The notes under the pieces: generated by a model | What the model was told of the DNA's origin: nothing | What the model saw: only the letters and a program-made list of their open reading frames with translations | Database searches by the model: none | In this document: positions 1-13,295 of the stretch, in pieces | Layout of the letters: each line of letters begins with the position of its first letter | Position numbering within the stretch: position 1 is the stretch's first letter | NCBI GenBank assembly: GCA_964016885.1 | Contig: OZ024742.1 | Span: forward strand, 212,846,001 to 212,910,000 | DNA length: 64,000 bases | Reading direction: 5' to 3' | Source: Eledone cirrhosa | Lineage: Eukaryota | Program-made: the position numbers and the translations under genes

Positions 1-2030
1 AACTAATAATTTATATGGTGTATCTAGGGATAACTATAATAACCTCATCCTTAAGGAACTAAGGAAGAATTATCGTAAGACTAACCATGACAATTTGGAA
101 TCTATAAACTTTGAAGCTTCTGAGATTATGTCAAAACCTGGCATAGAAAAAAAGACCGAACCATTCCTCCCAAGAACTCCGAGGATAAATCTCAAGGATC
201 ATAAAAGTAATTTTCGAACGGAACTACCTGTTAGACTAATCGCCCCCTCTAAATCAGATCTGGGGGTTGTTAGTAAAGCCATCTTGGATAGAATGATCCC
301 ACAGGTTCGTTCTAATTGCTCTATTTCTAACTTAAATTTATGGTTTGGTACATCTGAAGTAATTGGCTGGTTCAACAACCTGAATAAGAAAAACAAACAA
401 AAATTTATTCAATTTGATATTGCCAGCTACTATTCTTCTATTTCGCCTTCACTTCTCAACAATGCTCTATCTTTCGCATTTAAATATTCTGACATCACCA
501 CAGATGAACTTAACATCATTCTCACCGCAAGAAACAACATCTTAGAATTCAACAATGAATACTGGACTAGAGCCGAACTTCCAACAACTTTGATATCAGA
601 ATGGCTGCTTCCGATTCATCGCAATTGACTGATTTGATTGGTATTTTTATTTTGAATTCTTTAAATCGGAAAATTCCTCAACTTCGCGGTGGAATTTATC
701 GTGACGATGGACTTTTTACTATCTTAAATTGCAACTTAGTTAACCTTAATATTATTAAGAACAATATACGTGATCTCTTTAAGCAACATAACCTTAAAAT
801 TGAATTTGATAACAACGTCAAACTAGCTAACTTCTTGGATGTATCCCTTAATCTTGACACTGGCCTATATTACCCTTACCATAAAAACAATGAGAATCTA
901 AATTATGTTAATTTTAAATCTACCCACCCCACTAACATTAAAAATGCTATAGTCAGTAATATTGGAAAAAGAATATCAAACCTATCCTCTAATAAATATA
1001 TCTTCGATGCTAACGCCAATTACTATAATAATGCGCTTTCTAAAGCCGGTTATCCTGATAAAATTAAATACAGTAAAGAAACCTAGAAGGTCTTAGAGTA
1101 AAATAATTAATTATGAACATTCCAATAACTTAAATAAAAGACCTAGATACAAAAATATAATCTGGTATAATGCTCCTTTCTCTATTTCTATTAATAATAA
1201 TATTCCTAAACTATTCTTTAGGGCCTTAGATAAATGCTTCCCTCCCTCACATATCTATAGTAAAATCTTTAACAAACACAATAACATTTTCTTATTTCAC
1301 CTCTTCCAACATCTCTAACATTATCTCTAAACACAACAATAAAATATTAAATATTAAATCACATCCTTCCAACACTGAGCGTCATAATAATAGCAATAGT
1401 ACTCCCGACGTCATTGTTAACTCTAGGCTAGATTCTGTAAACTTAAATACGACGTCAAACGTAACTTCGTTGAATGTTCATAATACCAATCTAAATCAGG
1501 AAACTATTATTCCTATCGTAAATAACTGCTCCAATCCAATTCCTCCTATAAATAATACCAGGTCACTTGTTAATAACTCTGTTAATTTCTCTAATCGTAA
1601 TTGTAATTGCCCTGTTAGAACTAAATGTCCTCTTAATAACCATTGTCTTGATAAAAACTTAGTCTATGAATGTAAGGTTATAACTGATACTAATTCCTTT
1701 ACCTATTTCGGTTCCACTTCCACCTCCTTCAAAGCTAGATTTTATAATCACAATTCGTCTTTTAAATACCAACTTAAAAGAACTAACACGGCACTCTCGG
1801 AACTCATATGGTCCTTGAAAGACAAAAATATTAACTATAACACCTCTTGGAGAAAAGTTTGTTCTGCCTCTCCTTACTTGAATTCCTCCCTATCCAGAAC
1901 ATATAATCTCTGCCTAGCTGAGAAATTTACCATTATATCTAATTTCAATTCTATAATAAATAGACGCACGGATTTATTTTCTCTCTGCTTGCATAAATTC
2001 CACAGAACATTCCATAAAGTATACAGCTAA
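1..2030 (+). pseudogene. PLE reverse transcriptase + GIY-YIG endonuclease (frameshifted, with stops)
   Basis: ORF-track pieces 95-628, 601-1086 and 1470-2030 are consecutive parts of one RT-EN polyprotein. Confidence 0.9.
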
Positions 2031-3194
2031 TATCTAATACCTTACTAGTTTAAAATCCTTTTTCTCAAAGGCTTATATATCTTTTAAAAATATACCCATC
2101 TTTCTACCTTATTTCAATATTATTTATTATATATTATATAATACAATTTACTCATTCTATATCATTCCTCTTTCTCATTTTCCTTTCTTCCTCTTTTCTT
2201 TTTAATTTCTAACCTCTAATCTGTACCTTTTCTTCCTAACTACTTCTCAATTCTTATTATTACTCACCACAACATTACCCATTCTTCCATCTTTCCTCAT
2301 ATCATTGGCCATAAAAATTATTTAAAAAAAAATACATTATAGTATTACCACTAGAAGTCCTTCGTAAATAGATAATTTTTCTGACGTTAGATTTTTTCTT
2401 CCTTAAATTTCTCTTATCTCATCCATCCTTTCATGCTCGTTTGACTTTTACATATTACAATACATAAAAACAAACTTAAACCCTAACTAATTTCTTTTAA
2501 TATATTATATTATTACCATTAGAAAATATTTCGTAAACATATATATTTTTTTATGTTAGATATTTTCTTCCTTAAACATTCTTTTCTTCTTTGCCTTCTG
2601 CGCTCATTTTTAAACAAGTTATTTACGTACACATATTACGTACACATATTACATTACATAAAAACAAACTTAAACCCTAACTAATTCCTCTAAATTCATA
2701 ACTCATTCATTCTTCTCCTTCTTTTCACATTATATCCTTAATAACATTAATATTTTTATTTTAATAATACATATTAATAATTTCTTTCCTCGCACATATT
2801 ATTGAACCCTTCAATATACAAACCTTAATTTAATATTATTCTTAATTCCTTTTTCTCTTCATGCATAAACCTCATTAACTTTTAATTTCAAATTCTTTTA
2901 AATTATCTATTATCTTCCAACGGCTTTTTAATTTCTCTCTGTGAGACAATATATATATTTTCTCAGTTGTAAAGGCTATCTCTCTCTCTCTATCACCCAT
3001 CTCTCCTCCTCTCTCATCCTTCCTTCTTATACTCCTCCCCCACCATTCTTTACTCTCATCTCCTCCTCTTCCTTACCTTTTCCACCCCCTCACTTTTTCC
3101 CAATCTCATACATCAATCTTAATTTATTTTTCATATGTTGACTTAAAACTTCGCTATTCACAAGTGTTTTTTAAGCTTCATATCATGTATCCCT

Positions 3195-3263
3195 ATTTTA
3201 TCTGATGAGAGCGCAGATATCATCTCATGATGATATTTGTTTTTGAAATGCGCATAATAAAAT
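3195..3263 (+). ncRNA. Type I hammerhead ribozyme (PLE pLTR)
   Basis: Stem I attttat/ataaaat; CTGATGA at 3202-3208; long stem II (cagatatcat/atgatatttg); GAAA at 3245; palindromic stem III atgcgcat; cleavage triplet AUA. Confidence 0.85.
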
Positions 3264-3294
3264 ACTTGGAACTCTTTTAACTATCTTTTGATCT

Positions 3295-3379
<85 letters not shown>

Positions 3380-3418
3380 TATCATATATGTATACATATA
3401 ATATATATATACGTATAA

Positions 3419-3514
3419 TTGTTTCTACTTTTGGCACAAAGCCAGCAATTATCCCAGTACATTACTGGTACCTATTTTATCGACCCCATAAGGGTGAAAG
3501 GCAAAGTTAACCAT
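3419..3514 (-). mobile_element. 5'-truncated Meta-domain SINE with TSD
   Basis: Reverse complement of the SINE body and tail, flanked by tacgtataa at 3410-3418 and 3515-3523. Confidence 0.8.
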
Positions 3515-5260
3515 TACGTATAACAATACTAATCATACCGTTTCTCTAAACAACAATTTTAGAAAATGTAATTGCAGAAATAAGATATCATGCCCTTTAC
3601 AGAATAATTGCCTAGATACAAATTTAGTATACAAATGCACCATAAAAACTAGAGATAGATTATATAATTATATAGGAGTTACTTCTACAAAATTTAAGGA
3701 CCGTTCGTTAAATCATAAACATTCTTTCAAACGATCGGACAAAAAATTCTCAACCTCGCTATCACAATTAATTTTTGTCTTTAAAAGACAGTAATACTGA
3801 CTATTCGACCTCTTGGCGAAGGATATCGAAAGTGCCTGTTTACCAGAATATGCCTCTCTCAAGAATTTGTCATCTCTGTATTGAAGAAATCTTTCATATA
3901 ATTACCAATCCTGGTAATATTATTAACAAAATATTTAATTCTTGTTTGCATAGGTTCTCCAGAACATTTCACAATATTTACAATTTATAGAAAATACTAC
4001 ACATGCCCTGTATAAGTTGCCTATGTTCAATATATATATATATCTTCGGTTGTTTTTAAAAGTTCTTAAATTTATACATACAAATACTTAATATTATCAA
4101 ATTTATACATGGATATATTTATTGTTATCAAAATCTATACATAGACATTTTTATCTTTTTATTAATATCTAGACCATATTTACTATATGGTGCTCTGTAA
4201 TCATATATGAATTTTTACTTATATTATAATATAAATTATGATTAATTATTAGGTTAAACATTAGATCAAACAATATATCTTCAAATAATTTGAATTCTTT
4301 AAATTACTAAACACTAGAGTTATCTTTTCCTTTAATAAAAGCTTATTTACATTTCACCTATACGAGACATTCAAACTTTACATAAATGTTTAAAATTTAA
4401 ATTTATATATCTAACCTTATACAATAATAGATTATACATAATTATACATAATATTATACATCTTATTATACATCTTCTCTACAAAAAATATAATTATTTT
4501 GACATTCTTAAGCTATATATAGAAAATGCATATATATCTTCGCTCGGCATATCCTACCTGTTTTCATAAGTAAACAAAATCTATATTACACGCATAACTA
4601 TTTATGTATTAAATAAATTTTTAAATAACGTTATACAATAATCTCTTATACTACAATACATTATATTTATAACTGCACTCAACATAATATTGAAATATAC
4701 CCGTAAAATACATCCAATAGTATATATAAATACAGGATATCTTTCACATATTAAATTAATAGTTCTCAATTTAATATATTAATTTATAGTTCTCACCTAA
4801 ATATTATAAATACTTCCACATTATAAAATTAAATAAATAAAAATAAATATAATTATTTCATTCTTTCTATACCCATGTAAATATGTTTGGGTGTATATAT
4901 GCATATTTCTATAAATATTCCTAAATGAACTTGAAATATTTTTTTCAATTTTAATAGCAAACCTCTTTTAAAAAACAATTTAGATAAATATTTAAAATCT
5001 ATCTAGCGTCTAAACTTAACGGTCCTTTCAGTTTTAAGGTTATCCTCATTAGCATATTTATCCTGAGTTTTGAAAATTTATTCACTATCTTCAATGAACG
5101 TATAACATGAAGTTCATATGAAGATATGTCACTATCTTTAAACCAAATATTGTCTTTTATCTGACGAAAGCGTTCTAAAATATTGGTACCCTTGAAATAT
5201 GTATAATAAAATAAATATGGTTTTATAAAGATATTTTCCATTTATTAATATTATTGATAT
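3515..5260 (+). mobile_element. 5'-truncated Naiad-type PLE (GIY-YIG remnant + 3' UTR)
   Basis: From ~3567 it reads CNCRNKISCPLQNNCLDTNLVYKC...YIG; ORF 3775-3990 has CHLCIEE and SCLHRF; there is a 3' HHR. Bases 4092-4178 recur at 63846-63930. Confidence 0.8.
5155..5211 (+). ncRNA. Type I hammerhead ribozyme
   Basis: Stem I ttttat/ataaaa; CTGACGA at 5161; stem II closed by aag/ctt; GAAA at 5194; short stem III; cleavage triplet AUA. Confidence 0.75.
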
Positions 5261-5714
5261 TATATATATACATATATATATAATACACACACACATATAT
5301 ATAATATATGTGTGTGTGTATGTATGTGTATGTATATATATAAAGTTGAGCGCACAGCAACCGATGTATACGATAAAGTTATATAGGTATGTATACAGTA
5401 TAGTGTCAACCAAAACTTCGTAAATGTCTCTATAAATTAACGCATTTTTATGTAGTACATATAAACATGCCAAATGTATATACATATATATATACATAGT
5501 GCCAAGAAACTCTCAGGAGAGCTGGACAACAAAAGCTCTTCAGTGAAGAAACCACCCCCTCAAGTATGTGTTTCGGCTCTTAACTTCTTACACTCTAAGG
5601 GAGCCGGACCGCATCCAGGTCATGACCCATAGGTGCTCTTCCACTTGAATATCGGAGACTTGTTGTGTATTCAAGTTGTATGGAGATTTTGTCGACAAGA
5701 TCTATCTGGAATCT

Positions 5715-5769
<55 letters not shown>

Positions 5770-6189
5770 ACACGCACACACACACACACACAGAGATCCT
5801 CGTGATGAAGCGACAATTTATTACCGATGTGTTTGAATTTACAATTAGCCTAGTGCACCTATTGTTAATATTTTGGTAACTCAACAAACCGGTTGTTAAT
5901 ATTTTTGCAGCTCATCGTTTGCCTTATGAGGCATTACTGAACACTTTTACTGCATAGGGTCCATTTTGGATGACTGACCATCGTGTAGCCTTTATCACAC
6001 CTAACTAAAGCAACAAGAACAATTGGATATGGTACAGCGAACTAAAAACACCACTTTAATATCACGAGTCTGATAGAAATGCCACCCAAATCTCCTTCAA
6101 TTATAATTTACTGTCTTAAAAAAGGGGGAAAAAACAATGTGTTGGTTACGACTAGAATGTCGTTGAATTTAGGCCTTGTGTCAATGTTA

Positions 6190-6310
6190 TGACGCGGGGC
6201 TTAGTGGTTAGAGAAGTGGATTCGCAATCGCCAGGTTTGTGAATTCAATTCCCGAAACAGGTGATGCGTTATGTCCTTGAGCAAGACACTTTATTTCACG
6301 TTGCTCTTTC
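6190..6310 (+). mobile_element. tRNA-derived SINE with V/CORE-like central domain
   Basis: A-box-like ggcttagtggttaga, B-box-like gaattcaattcc, then tgtccttgagcaagacact. Related copies lie at ~7575-7870, 24330-24660 and 58105-58222 (all minus strand). Confidence 0.7.
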
Positions 6311-7574
6311 TGCCAGGAGTTGCGACCGGTGGATAGTATTAGCAATGGAAAGACCAATGAAAACCTGGTCCGATTTGACGAGTTCCACCTCACGTTTCGA
6401 TCGATATCTTCCCTTTTTTCAATGTTAGAACGAATTTTGTAGTACTTCTGTCAGGGCGGGGAATCTTTCCTATTTTGTGTTATCGATTTCAGGTAGGTGG
6501 TCTAGGTTATTTAGGAATTAGATGTCACTGCCATGAACACAGCGCAGTACGAGTTTTTAACCCTATTGTTATTCTATGAGTAGTAGAATACTATGATGAT
6601 CTTACGAGTACACTGGCACAACACCATATATTTTTAGATGTGGGGTATATTAGATTAATCCTCAGCATGTCCTGACCAATATAGTATTATAACAGAATTG
6701 TAAAGTTCCAGTCCAGTGTGGTGGATACCTGCATTATGGTGTGGTATATAATCATATACATATACACCAGGTCCGAACACAATGGGACCAAGCTCCTACT
6801 GTCATTGTCCTCGTCTTTTCCGCTCTCCCTATTTCTCACTATTATATATTGGCGGACCAACTTTCATGAGATTTGAAATCAGAATGTAAGTTGTCGTAAC
6901 TAAAGTACAGTCTCATGAATCAACAGTTTTGTAAATATTGAATTACATTGTAAATTCTTGAATACAGACTTGCAATTATCATGCTTACCACGAAAAATAA
7001 TTTTGGGTCACATCGATCAAGTTTGTGAATGAGAAACCAGTAAATACTAAGCAGTGAAGTATAAGATTGAACACAGTCGATATCTTTTATCCTAAACTTA
7101 GAACATTTGTTTTGTAGAATACGTGCTTGTATCATAGTCAGATGAATCTGAACATATGATAAGAACTTTGTCGGATCATCGGCGTTACTAAGGTGCAAGA
7201 ATCACGTCACTATAGAATGATGAGAAAAAATATGCTTAAAGTGATAAAATGTCGTGTTCTATTATAATATAGAGAGGCAAGCTGGGTAGAAAAATGTTCT
7301 TCTCTCGAATAAGTTTATTGAATTGATAAACCTTTCATGATTGTAAATATTGAGATTTTTTGTACAATATTAATATAAGGTTGGGATCGTTTGTGTACGT
7401 CTATATGTTATGTGTCAATCTGTATGGGTATAATATTCGTAAAAAATAACAGCATTCCAGGTCACCGAGTTATGATATCGGTCTGGTGTCGTGGTGTATT
7501 TCTTCCATTGTCAACCAAGCTGTAAATAAGTCAGTGGTGGAGGATTCACTTCATTTTTCTAAGTAGTGTGTTGG

Positions 7575-7870
7575 TCCTCCGTCGGTTCTGACGACCAATG
7601 TTCTAGTTGATTTGAGTAAACAACCTGATCGTGAAATTAACGAACTAGTGGCTGAGAATATCACAGGCACGTGTACTTTTAACGTAGTTCTCAAGGAGAT
7701 TCAGTGTGACAAGATTGGCTGTTTGAATTACAAATACAACGACCGCCAGCTTAGTAGACTGGTAAAACACAAAATGAAGTATTTCGCTCAAGTATACAAT
7801 GCGTCGCCGGGAATCGAACTTACACCCTTACGGTCATGAACCAAACATCACTAAACCACACCTCTTCACT
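7575..7870 (-). mobile_element. V/CORE-like tRNA SINE, diverged copy
   Basis: Collinear with 24330-24660 and 58310-58500 (cgtgaaattaacg...gagattcagcgtgac...gaaccaaaca..actaaaccac). Confidence 0.6.
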
Positions 7871-7949
7871 ACGGAAGCAATACTATGCTGGTAAAAGTAC
7901 ACGAACTACTGATTTTCGGCTGCTATCATATACCTATAGGCAATGAAAT

Positions 7950-8160
7950 GGCAGTCTAGTACTGGGGTCAATTCTTCCTCTATATCTCTTTCTAACATCC
8001 CCTCTCTCTCACTTTCTAGCCTTCTCTGGAAGAATTCTGCTGTATTCAGACCTGGAGAAGGATGGGCTCCGCCAAGCTTAAAATTCCTAAGAAACGCCGT
8101 ATGTCACTACAGCATCCCCACGACTTCCGCATGAGTTACGGGACCATATCATGCCATCAT
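7950..8160 (+). mobile_element. 3' part of a composite SINE (Meta SINE junction + ~190-nt alternative tail)
   Basis: Same junction and tail as 22296-22475 (+) and 50925-51130 (-). Confidence 0.7.
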
Positions 8161-8804
8161 ATGCTTGTTAAAACGAATCTAAAATTGTATGGAGTTGTCG
8201 CCTCTATTATAAATAAGAACATAGCTTTTCCTTGTGACTCGGTACAATAATAAATCCGAGACTTGGTTTCAGTTATTCGTTTCAACCACTCACGAACTTA
8301 TCGAGTAGGTGAATGAGATTATGTTACAATCATGTCTTTAACATAAGAGTACAACTGTATAAGCGTAGTTGTGAATTTATTTCAACCAAATACTGAAGAC
8401 AAATTTGTAGGCCTTTCTTGTTCCTAGCTTACATATTTTTTCTGTAGAGCTCTTTAACTACCTTTCCTAATCCCTTCCGGAATTTGAAAGAACTATACGA
8501 TTCGATACTGATCTTCGGTTTCTATAGTATTAAGAGAATGATACTCTATCCAACTACCTCGTTCCATACTGGATTAGACTGTGGCCTACCGTAATTAATG
8601 TTACTCTCGGAAGGAATTGAACCGGGCGTTACAAGCCAATTCACCATTCGGTGATTCCACAGCTTTTATTCCTAATTTTACTAATTAAAAAAAAAAAAAA
8701 TCTATAAAAGTGTAAACCTTTGCCCATTCACTCTAGTCAAAACCCTATGACACTCAGTCTGCTATGACACATTCAAGTCTCACGAGAAATCATTATTTTG
8801 ATTG

Positions 8805-9382
8805 GGTGGTTGATTGGCAGTATCGGTAGAGGGTTGGACGCCATGCTTTCTAGCATAGAGTTACGGCCCTTGCCATTCTGAGTTCAAATCCCGCCGAGGT
8901 TAACTTTGCCTTTCATCCTTACGGGGTCGATAAAATAAAGTACCAGTAATGTACTGGTTAATTGCTGGCCTTGTGCCTAAAGTAAAAACAATTATTTTGA
9001 TTGCGGTGAATTGGCAGTATCGGTAGAGGGTTGGACGCCATGCTTTGACGCATAGAGTTACGGCCCTTGCCATTCTGAGTTCAAATCCCGCCGAGGCTAA
9101 CTTTGCCTTTCATCCTTACGGGGTGTCGATAAAATAAAGTACCAGTAATGTACTGGGTGATTGCTGGCCTTGTGCCAAAAGTAGAAACAATTATTTTGAT
9201 TGGCAGTATCGGTAGAGGGTCGGACGCCATGCTTTGCAGCATAGAGTTACGGCCCTTTATGGTCTGAGTTCAAATCCCGCCGAAGTTAACTTTGCCTTTC
9301 ATCCTTACGGGGTCGATAAAATAAAGTACCCGTAATACACTGGAATAATTGCTGGCCTTGTGCCTAAAGTAGAAACAATTAT
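8805..9382 (+). mobile_element. Three head-to-tail Meta-domain tRNA SINEs
   Basis: Each ~190-bp unit has an A box (tggcagtatcgg), a B box (gagttcaaatcc), a Meta-like domain (gcctttcatccttacggggtcgataaaataaagtaccag) and a tail ending aaacaatta. Units are separated by attattttgattg. Confidence 0.9.
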
Positions 9383-9454
9383 TTTGTTTTGCTTTTACTG
9401 ATTGCAATTTTACTGGATAGCAGCATGACTGGAATACAAGCACACACATACACT

Positions 9455-9612
9455 CACAAACATATCCATACACGAAGAATAGCCTCCACCCCGTGCGCAC
9501 ACAAACATATTCATACACGAAGCATAGTCTCCACGCCGTGCGCACACAAACATATTCATACACGAAGCATAGCATCCACGCCGTGCGCACACAAGCATAT
9601 ACACATACGAAA
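9455..9612. repeat. 45-bp minisatellite (~3.5 copies)
   Basis: Unit cacaaacatattcatacacgaagcatagtctccacgccgtgcgca; it produces the spurious 15-aa repeat ORFs. Confidence 0.85.
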
Positions 9613-10299
9613 GACAGCTTCTCCGCTACACGCGTGTGCACATACACACTCTTATTTTTTTATTCACACACACAAACAACACAACTCAATACAAAACAAG
9701 CAAAATTAAACACTGCACTCTAGCTTTTGAAAAATTGCACAAACAAATACTAAAATGTTTACTCTGTAAACTAATTAATTCAAATTTAAATTTCTGATCA
9801 ATCATTATACAAGCGACCTTTTACTTTTTTCTCTCTTTTTGTCTTCTTAATTTTTGTTCGTTTTTAACTACAAACGTTCTAGTTTTTTTCTTCTGTGATT
9901 TCTTTCATCACGGACAAGGCTTAATGACATTTTAGGAGACAGTAAATCAGGTAACGTATGTTGAAGGACCACATATTCATTAGAGAAATTGACATGAAAT
10001 TTGCTTTAGAAAATGCAACCTTGAAGAGAAGACAATTAATAAAGCTACTAATATGATGTGAGATTAAAAAAGTTAGGAGAATTAAGTGAAATATAGATCT
10101 TCATATACACAGGAATTAGTTAACTAAACGGAATAAAAAGAACTCAAATGAATAAAAAGGCTAGGAAGGAAACTATATTCGAATTAATACTGAAAACCGA
10201 ACAAATATAAGGCTGGTGTGTGTGTGTGAGATGGAGGAACGAAAGAAACACTGACAAAACAAACAAAAATCTTCAACAGGAAATGGGATTACAGTATAT

Positions 10300-10640
10300 T
10301 AAGTGGGGCGTATTTGGACCCCGTATAGTCGAGCTCCTCCGCAAGATCGGAACGTCAGCGGCCTGTCAGCGGGTTTCGCTGGACATTGTTCGCGGGAATA
10401 TTTTTGCGGGCTTGTCAGTGGGGCACAACCCCAACACCACCGCTCCCTAGGCCCCGGGCCCATCACCCTCTCCCTTTTCCTTCCCTATTCTTCTGTGACA
10501 CTAGAGCCCTTGCCTTTCCCTTCCTTTTCCGTTTTTATATTTTCTTATTTTACATTCCATTCTTTCATCTCAATCTATTTTTTTCTTTTTCTATTAAATT
10601 GTTTTTACTACTATAAACATCAGTTTGAATAAATAAATAT
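10300..10640 (+). mobile_element. 3' end of a CRE-like (restriction-like endonuclease) non-LTR retrotransposon
   Basis: Translates GVFGPRIVELLRKIG...QRVSLDIVRGN, matching the C-terminal G-x-x-GP...QR-x-S-x-x-I-x-RGN motif of CRE-clade elements. Homologous to 11178-11285 and 23725-24060. Confidence 0.65.
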
Positions 10641-11177
10641 TACCCATATTGCATATATAATTTAATTTAATATTCTTTATTTACATTTGTAATTATATTT
10701 CGTAAAAATAGAGCGAGAAAACATTTTGCAAACCGTAGCTTCATTGGATGTGGAGTAAGTTCAATGAGGCTTTCCCGCATTAAAAAAAATGAAACAAAAT
10801 TCCTTGCTCTAGATACACAATATCAAACAAGAAAGTAGAAACAGATAAAGAAAAACAATCAGAACTAAACTGATTAAAAGTGTAAGACTGAAAACTTAAA
10901 CTGAACTATGTTTTAATTACAATCCATGGTCTAAGATTTTTTTTTCCCCACTAGAAATAAGCAAAATACGAGAACATATATGTAGGTTAATATAACGAGT
11001 GGTGTGCTCATGTGTGGAGATGTTATAAAATAGCTTATAAAATAGGATGAAGACCTTTAAAGACGGAAAAAGAAATTACCATCGACCGCGGCTAATTTTC
11101 CGTCTCTGCTATTTTATAGCATCTCCGCGCATGAGCACATCACTCTTTATATTAAATTTATCAGAGATTCGTAAAAT

Positions 11178-11285
11178 TCCTCTGACAGGCCGCTGACGTT
11201 CCGATCTTACGGAGGAGCTCGACTATACGGCCTCTCTATATCCTACTACAGTATTTTTTACTTTGAAACTACAAATATTTTCATC
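11178..11285 (-). mobile_element. CRE-like 3' fragment, internally deleted
   Basis: ctgacaggccgctgacgttccgatcttacggaggagctcgactatacgg is the reverse complement of 10320-10369. Confidence 0.65.
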
Positions 11286-11929
11286 TTCTGTAAAGAACGA
11301 CAAGGTTCTCCATCCCCTCCTTATCTTTTGAACCCCTGGGGTGTGGGGGAGATATTTCTTTTTTGTTGAATTATTTGACTGGAGTTTTAAATATGTGGTG
11401 GTGTAGGGTGGTGGTGGTTGTAGTGGTGGTGTAGAGGGTGGTGGTGGTAGTTGTGGTGTAGAGCAAAGGTTTTGGCCAAACTCCTCGAAATCACGAAACG
11501 TCCCTCTACCCAATTTTTCCATTTTTCAATATACTACTGATTTTGATATCAGTAGATTACTGGGCCAAATCAAGTTATCTTAGATTCTTTAAAAAATACT
11601 CGTACGAATTAAATACAAAAAAAGTTTCAGTCCAAAACAAAAGCAAGCTATTTCAAATTATATATTTTTGAAATAAAAAAAAACATTTGATCTCAGTCGA
11701 AAAAGCTTTTTTTTTTTTTAAATTCTATAGTTCACTGTTAGCTACTGTAATATTTTGAGTGGATGGACAATTGAAACTGCAAAGTCAAAATACAAAAGAT
11801 GCAAAATATGAAGAATTTCTTACCTTTCTCTGAAATCACAAACTCAGGGGAAAAATAGTACCTTGCAAAATAATATACCTCGTAGCAAAATAAGTAGTAA
11901 GGAATGAATTGAGAAGCTTGGTGACTGAG

Positions 11930-12190
11930 AAAACGATAAATGTAATAGAATGAAACGAAATTTCATTTCTCACCCTTAGTGTTGAAATTTCATTTCTCAC
12001 TCTCAGTGTTGAATAAAAAAGTGACGTGGTTGCCTAAACACTGTACGGCATAATTCGGGCTGTTTGTTTGTTTGTTTACAAACAAACCGAGCATTATAAT
12101 AAATGTTCGGTAAACCGATACGTGCATATATATATGTGTGCATGTATGTATATATATACATACTATTGTACGTCTGTATACATACATACA
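11930..12190 (+). mobile_element. Truncated copy of the small PLE-type family at 43935-44482
   Basis: 12003-12190 aligns with 44224-44400 (cagtgttgaa...ggttgc.taaacactg...tgtttgtttacaaaca..ccgagcattata..aaatgtt...tactgtacgtctgtatacata). It is preceded by an inverted terminal piece (gaaacgaaatttcatttc). Confidence 0.65.
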
Positions 12191-12410
12191 TACTTATATA
12201 TATATATAAATCTACATATATACATACATTTACGTATGTATATAGCTATGAATTTGTATATATACATTTGTATATATACATGCATTTATATTTAAGTGTG
12301 TAAGGTTGTTGATATGATCTATGTCTTCTTTTTTTGGTAAGGAGAACATTTTTGTCGCCAGATTTTATTACCTAGGGAGTTTAAATATCACACTTCTGGC
12401 TGAAAGCTGA

Positions 12411-12868
12411 CCAGGTTCTCAACTTCATCAAACACTAACGCCGGCCTGTGTGTGTATATATATATATGTGTGTGTATGTATGTGTATATATGTGTGTGTG
12501 TGTGTATATATGTATGTGTGTGTATGTTTACCACCATTGCTTCTTCTTGTCATTTCTGTTTAAATAGTCCTTACTTTCATTCTATTTGATTTCTTTTGAT
12601 TTTCCTTTATCTCCCTAGGGAATTCGTCGACAAGCTTCTTTAATTTATTTTCTTTGTTTTCTTCATTCAAATCAATGACTGTCCATGAGACGTACTAATA
12701 TGACTTATAAAACTTACCAAACTAAAGGAGCTTCTAGCGCCCTCAAAGTTTCAAACGCTCCCTTACTACATAACGGCCCCCTAACGCCCCCTTGCTGCAT
12801 AACGCCCCCTGGGGCTACTAAACGCCACCCCCACCCCCGAGGGGTGTGTGTGCCCCCGTTGAGAACCT
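12411..12868. mobile_element. Degraded hAT-type MITE
   Basis: Terminal inverted match aggttctcaac (12413) / gttgagaacct (12858), with internal short aacgcccc repeats near the right end. Confidence 0.4.
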
Positions 12869-12936
12869 TTAGTGTAGAGCATGGTGGTGTTTGTTTATTT
12901 TGAATCTATCTATCTATCAATCTATCTATCTATCTA

Positions 12937-13278
12937 TGGAGAGGATGGAGAGAGAAGTGCTTGGCCCCAGACAGTTTTATGAAAGGTGGGTGAAAGAAGC
13001 GAGAATGGCTCGTGTAAATGGGCCTTCTCTCTACATTGCTCTGTAGGTGAAGAAGTGAAGAGGAAAAGGGGAGCGCCTCCTCTCTGGGCTTCCCCCGCGA
13101 AAAGGGTTGCACACTTTTCGGGGGTATGTGCAATCCCCAACACGCCCCCTCCCTTTTGAGGACTTTTTATTATTATATTATTCTTATTGTTATGCCTTCT
13201 TCTTTACTCGCATTTATGTAAACTTCCCCCTGTGTATTTGTCCCTTTCTCTTGTGCCCTAGTGGCAAATAAAGAAATA
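12937..13278 (+). mobile_element. 5'-truncated Tx1/L1-like LINE (ORF2 end + 3' UTR)
   Basis: Homologous to 13951-14284; ends aataaagaaat and is flanked on both sides by (TATC)n. Confidence 0.75.
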
Positions 13279-13295
13279 TATCTATCTATCTATCT

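Larger units (their letters stand above)
1..3298 (+). mobile_element. Penelope-like retroelement, Naiad-type, decayed; 5' end lies outside the window
   Basis: Broken ORF with RT motifs (IQFDIASYYSSI; MAASDSSQLTDLIG; YRDDG), an NIIWYNAP motif (~1153), a CNC-x5-CPL-x3-C linker and a GIY-YIG domain (LVYEC...YFGSTSTSFKARFYNH...NLCLAEK). A long pyrimidine-rich 3' UTR ends in an HHR and (TA)n. The clade call rests on motifs recalled from published Naiad PLEs. Confidence 0.85.

Noticed and set aside
2478-2682. taaaccctaac as telomeric repeat seeds
   Set aside because: Single units within an internal duplication of the PLE 3' UTR; there is no array.
1470-3298. Selenoprotein/SECIS, as reported for some Naiad PLEs
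   Set aside because: Conserved Cys positions I checked are TGT/TGC or plainly mutated, I saw no in-frame TGA at them, and I could not identify a SECIS by eye.
5595-5879. His/Thr- or Val/Cys-rich ORFs
   Set aside because: These are translations of (CA)n microsatellites; the same applies at 14517-15023, 22580-22956 and 27290-27484.
6380-6460. Minus-strand HHR-like motif (CTGACAG...GAAACGTG)
   Set aside because: Both the core and the cleavage triplet are non-canonical and the stems are poor.
8805-8900. tRNA genes at the A/B box motifs
   Set aside because: The boxes belong to SINE heads; there is no complete cloverleaf and they are always followed by SINE body sequence.
9455-9612. CRISPR-like regular repeats (also 41529-41656 and 8805-9382)
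   Set aside because: Tandem units without unique spacers, a eukaryotic context and no cas genes.
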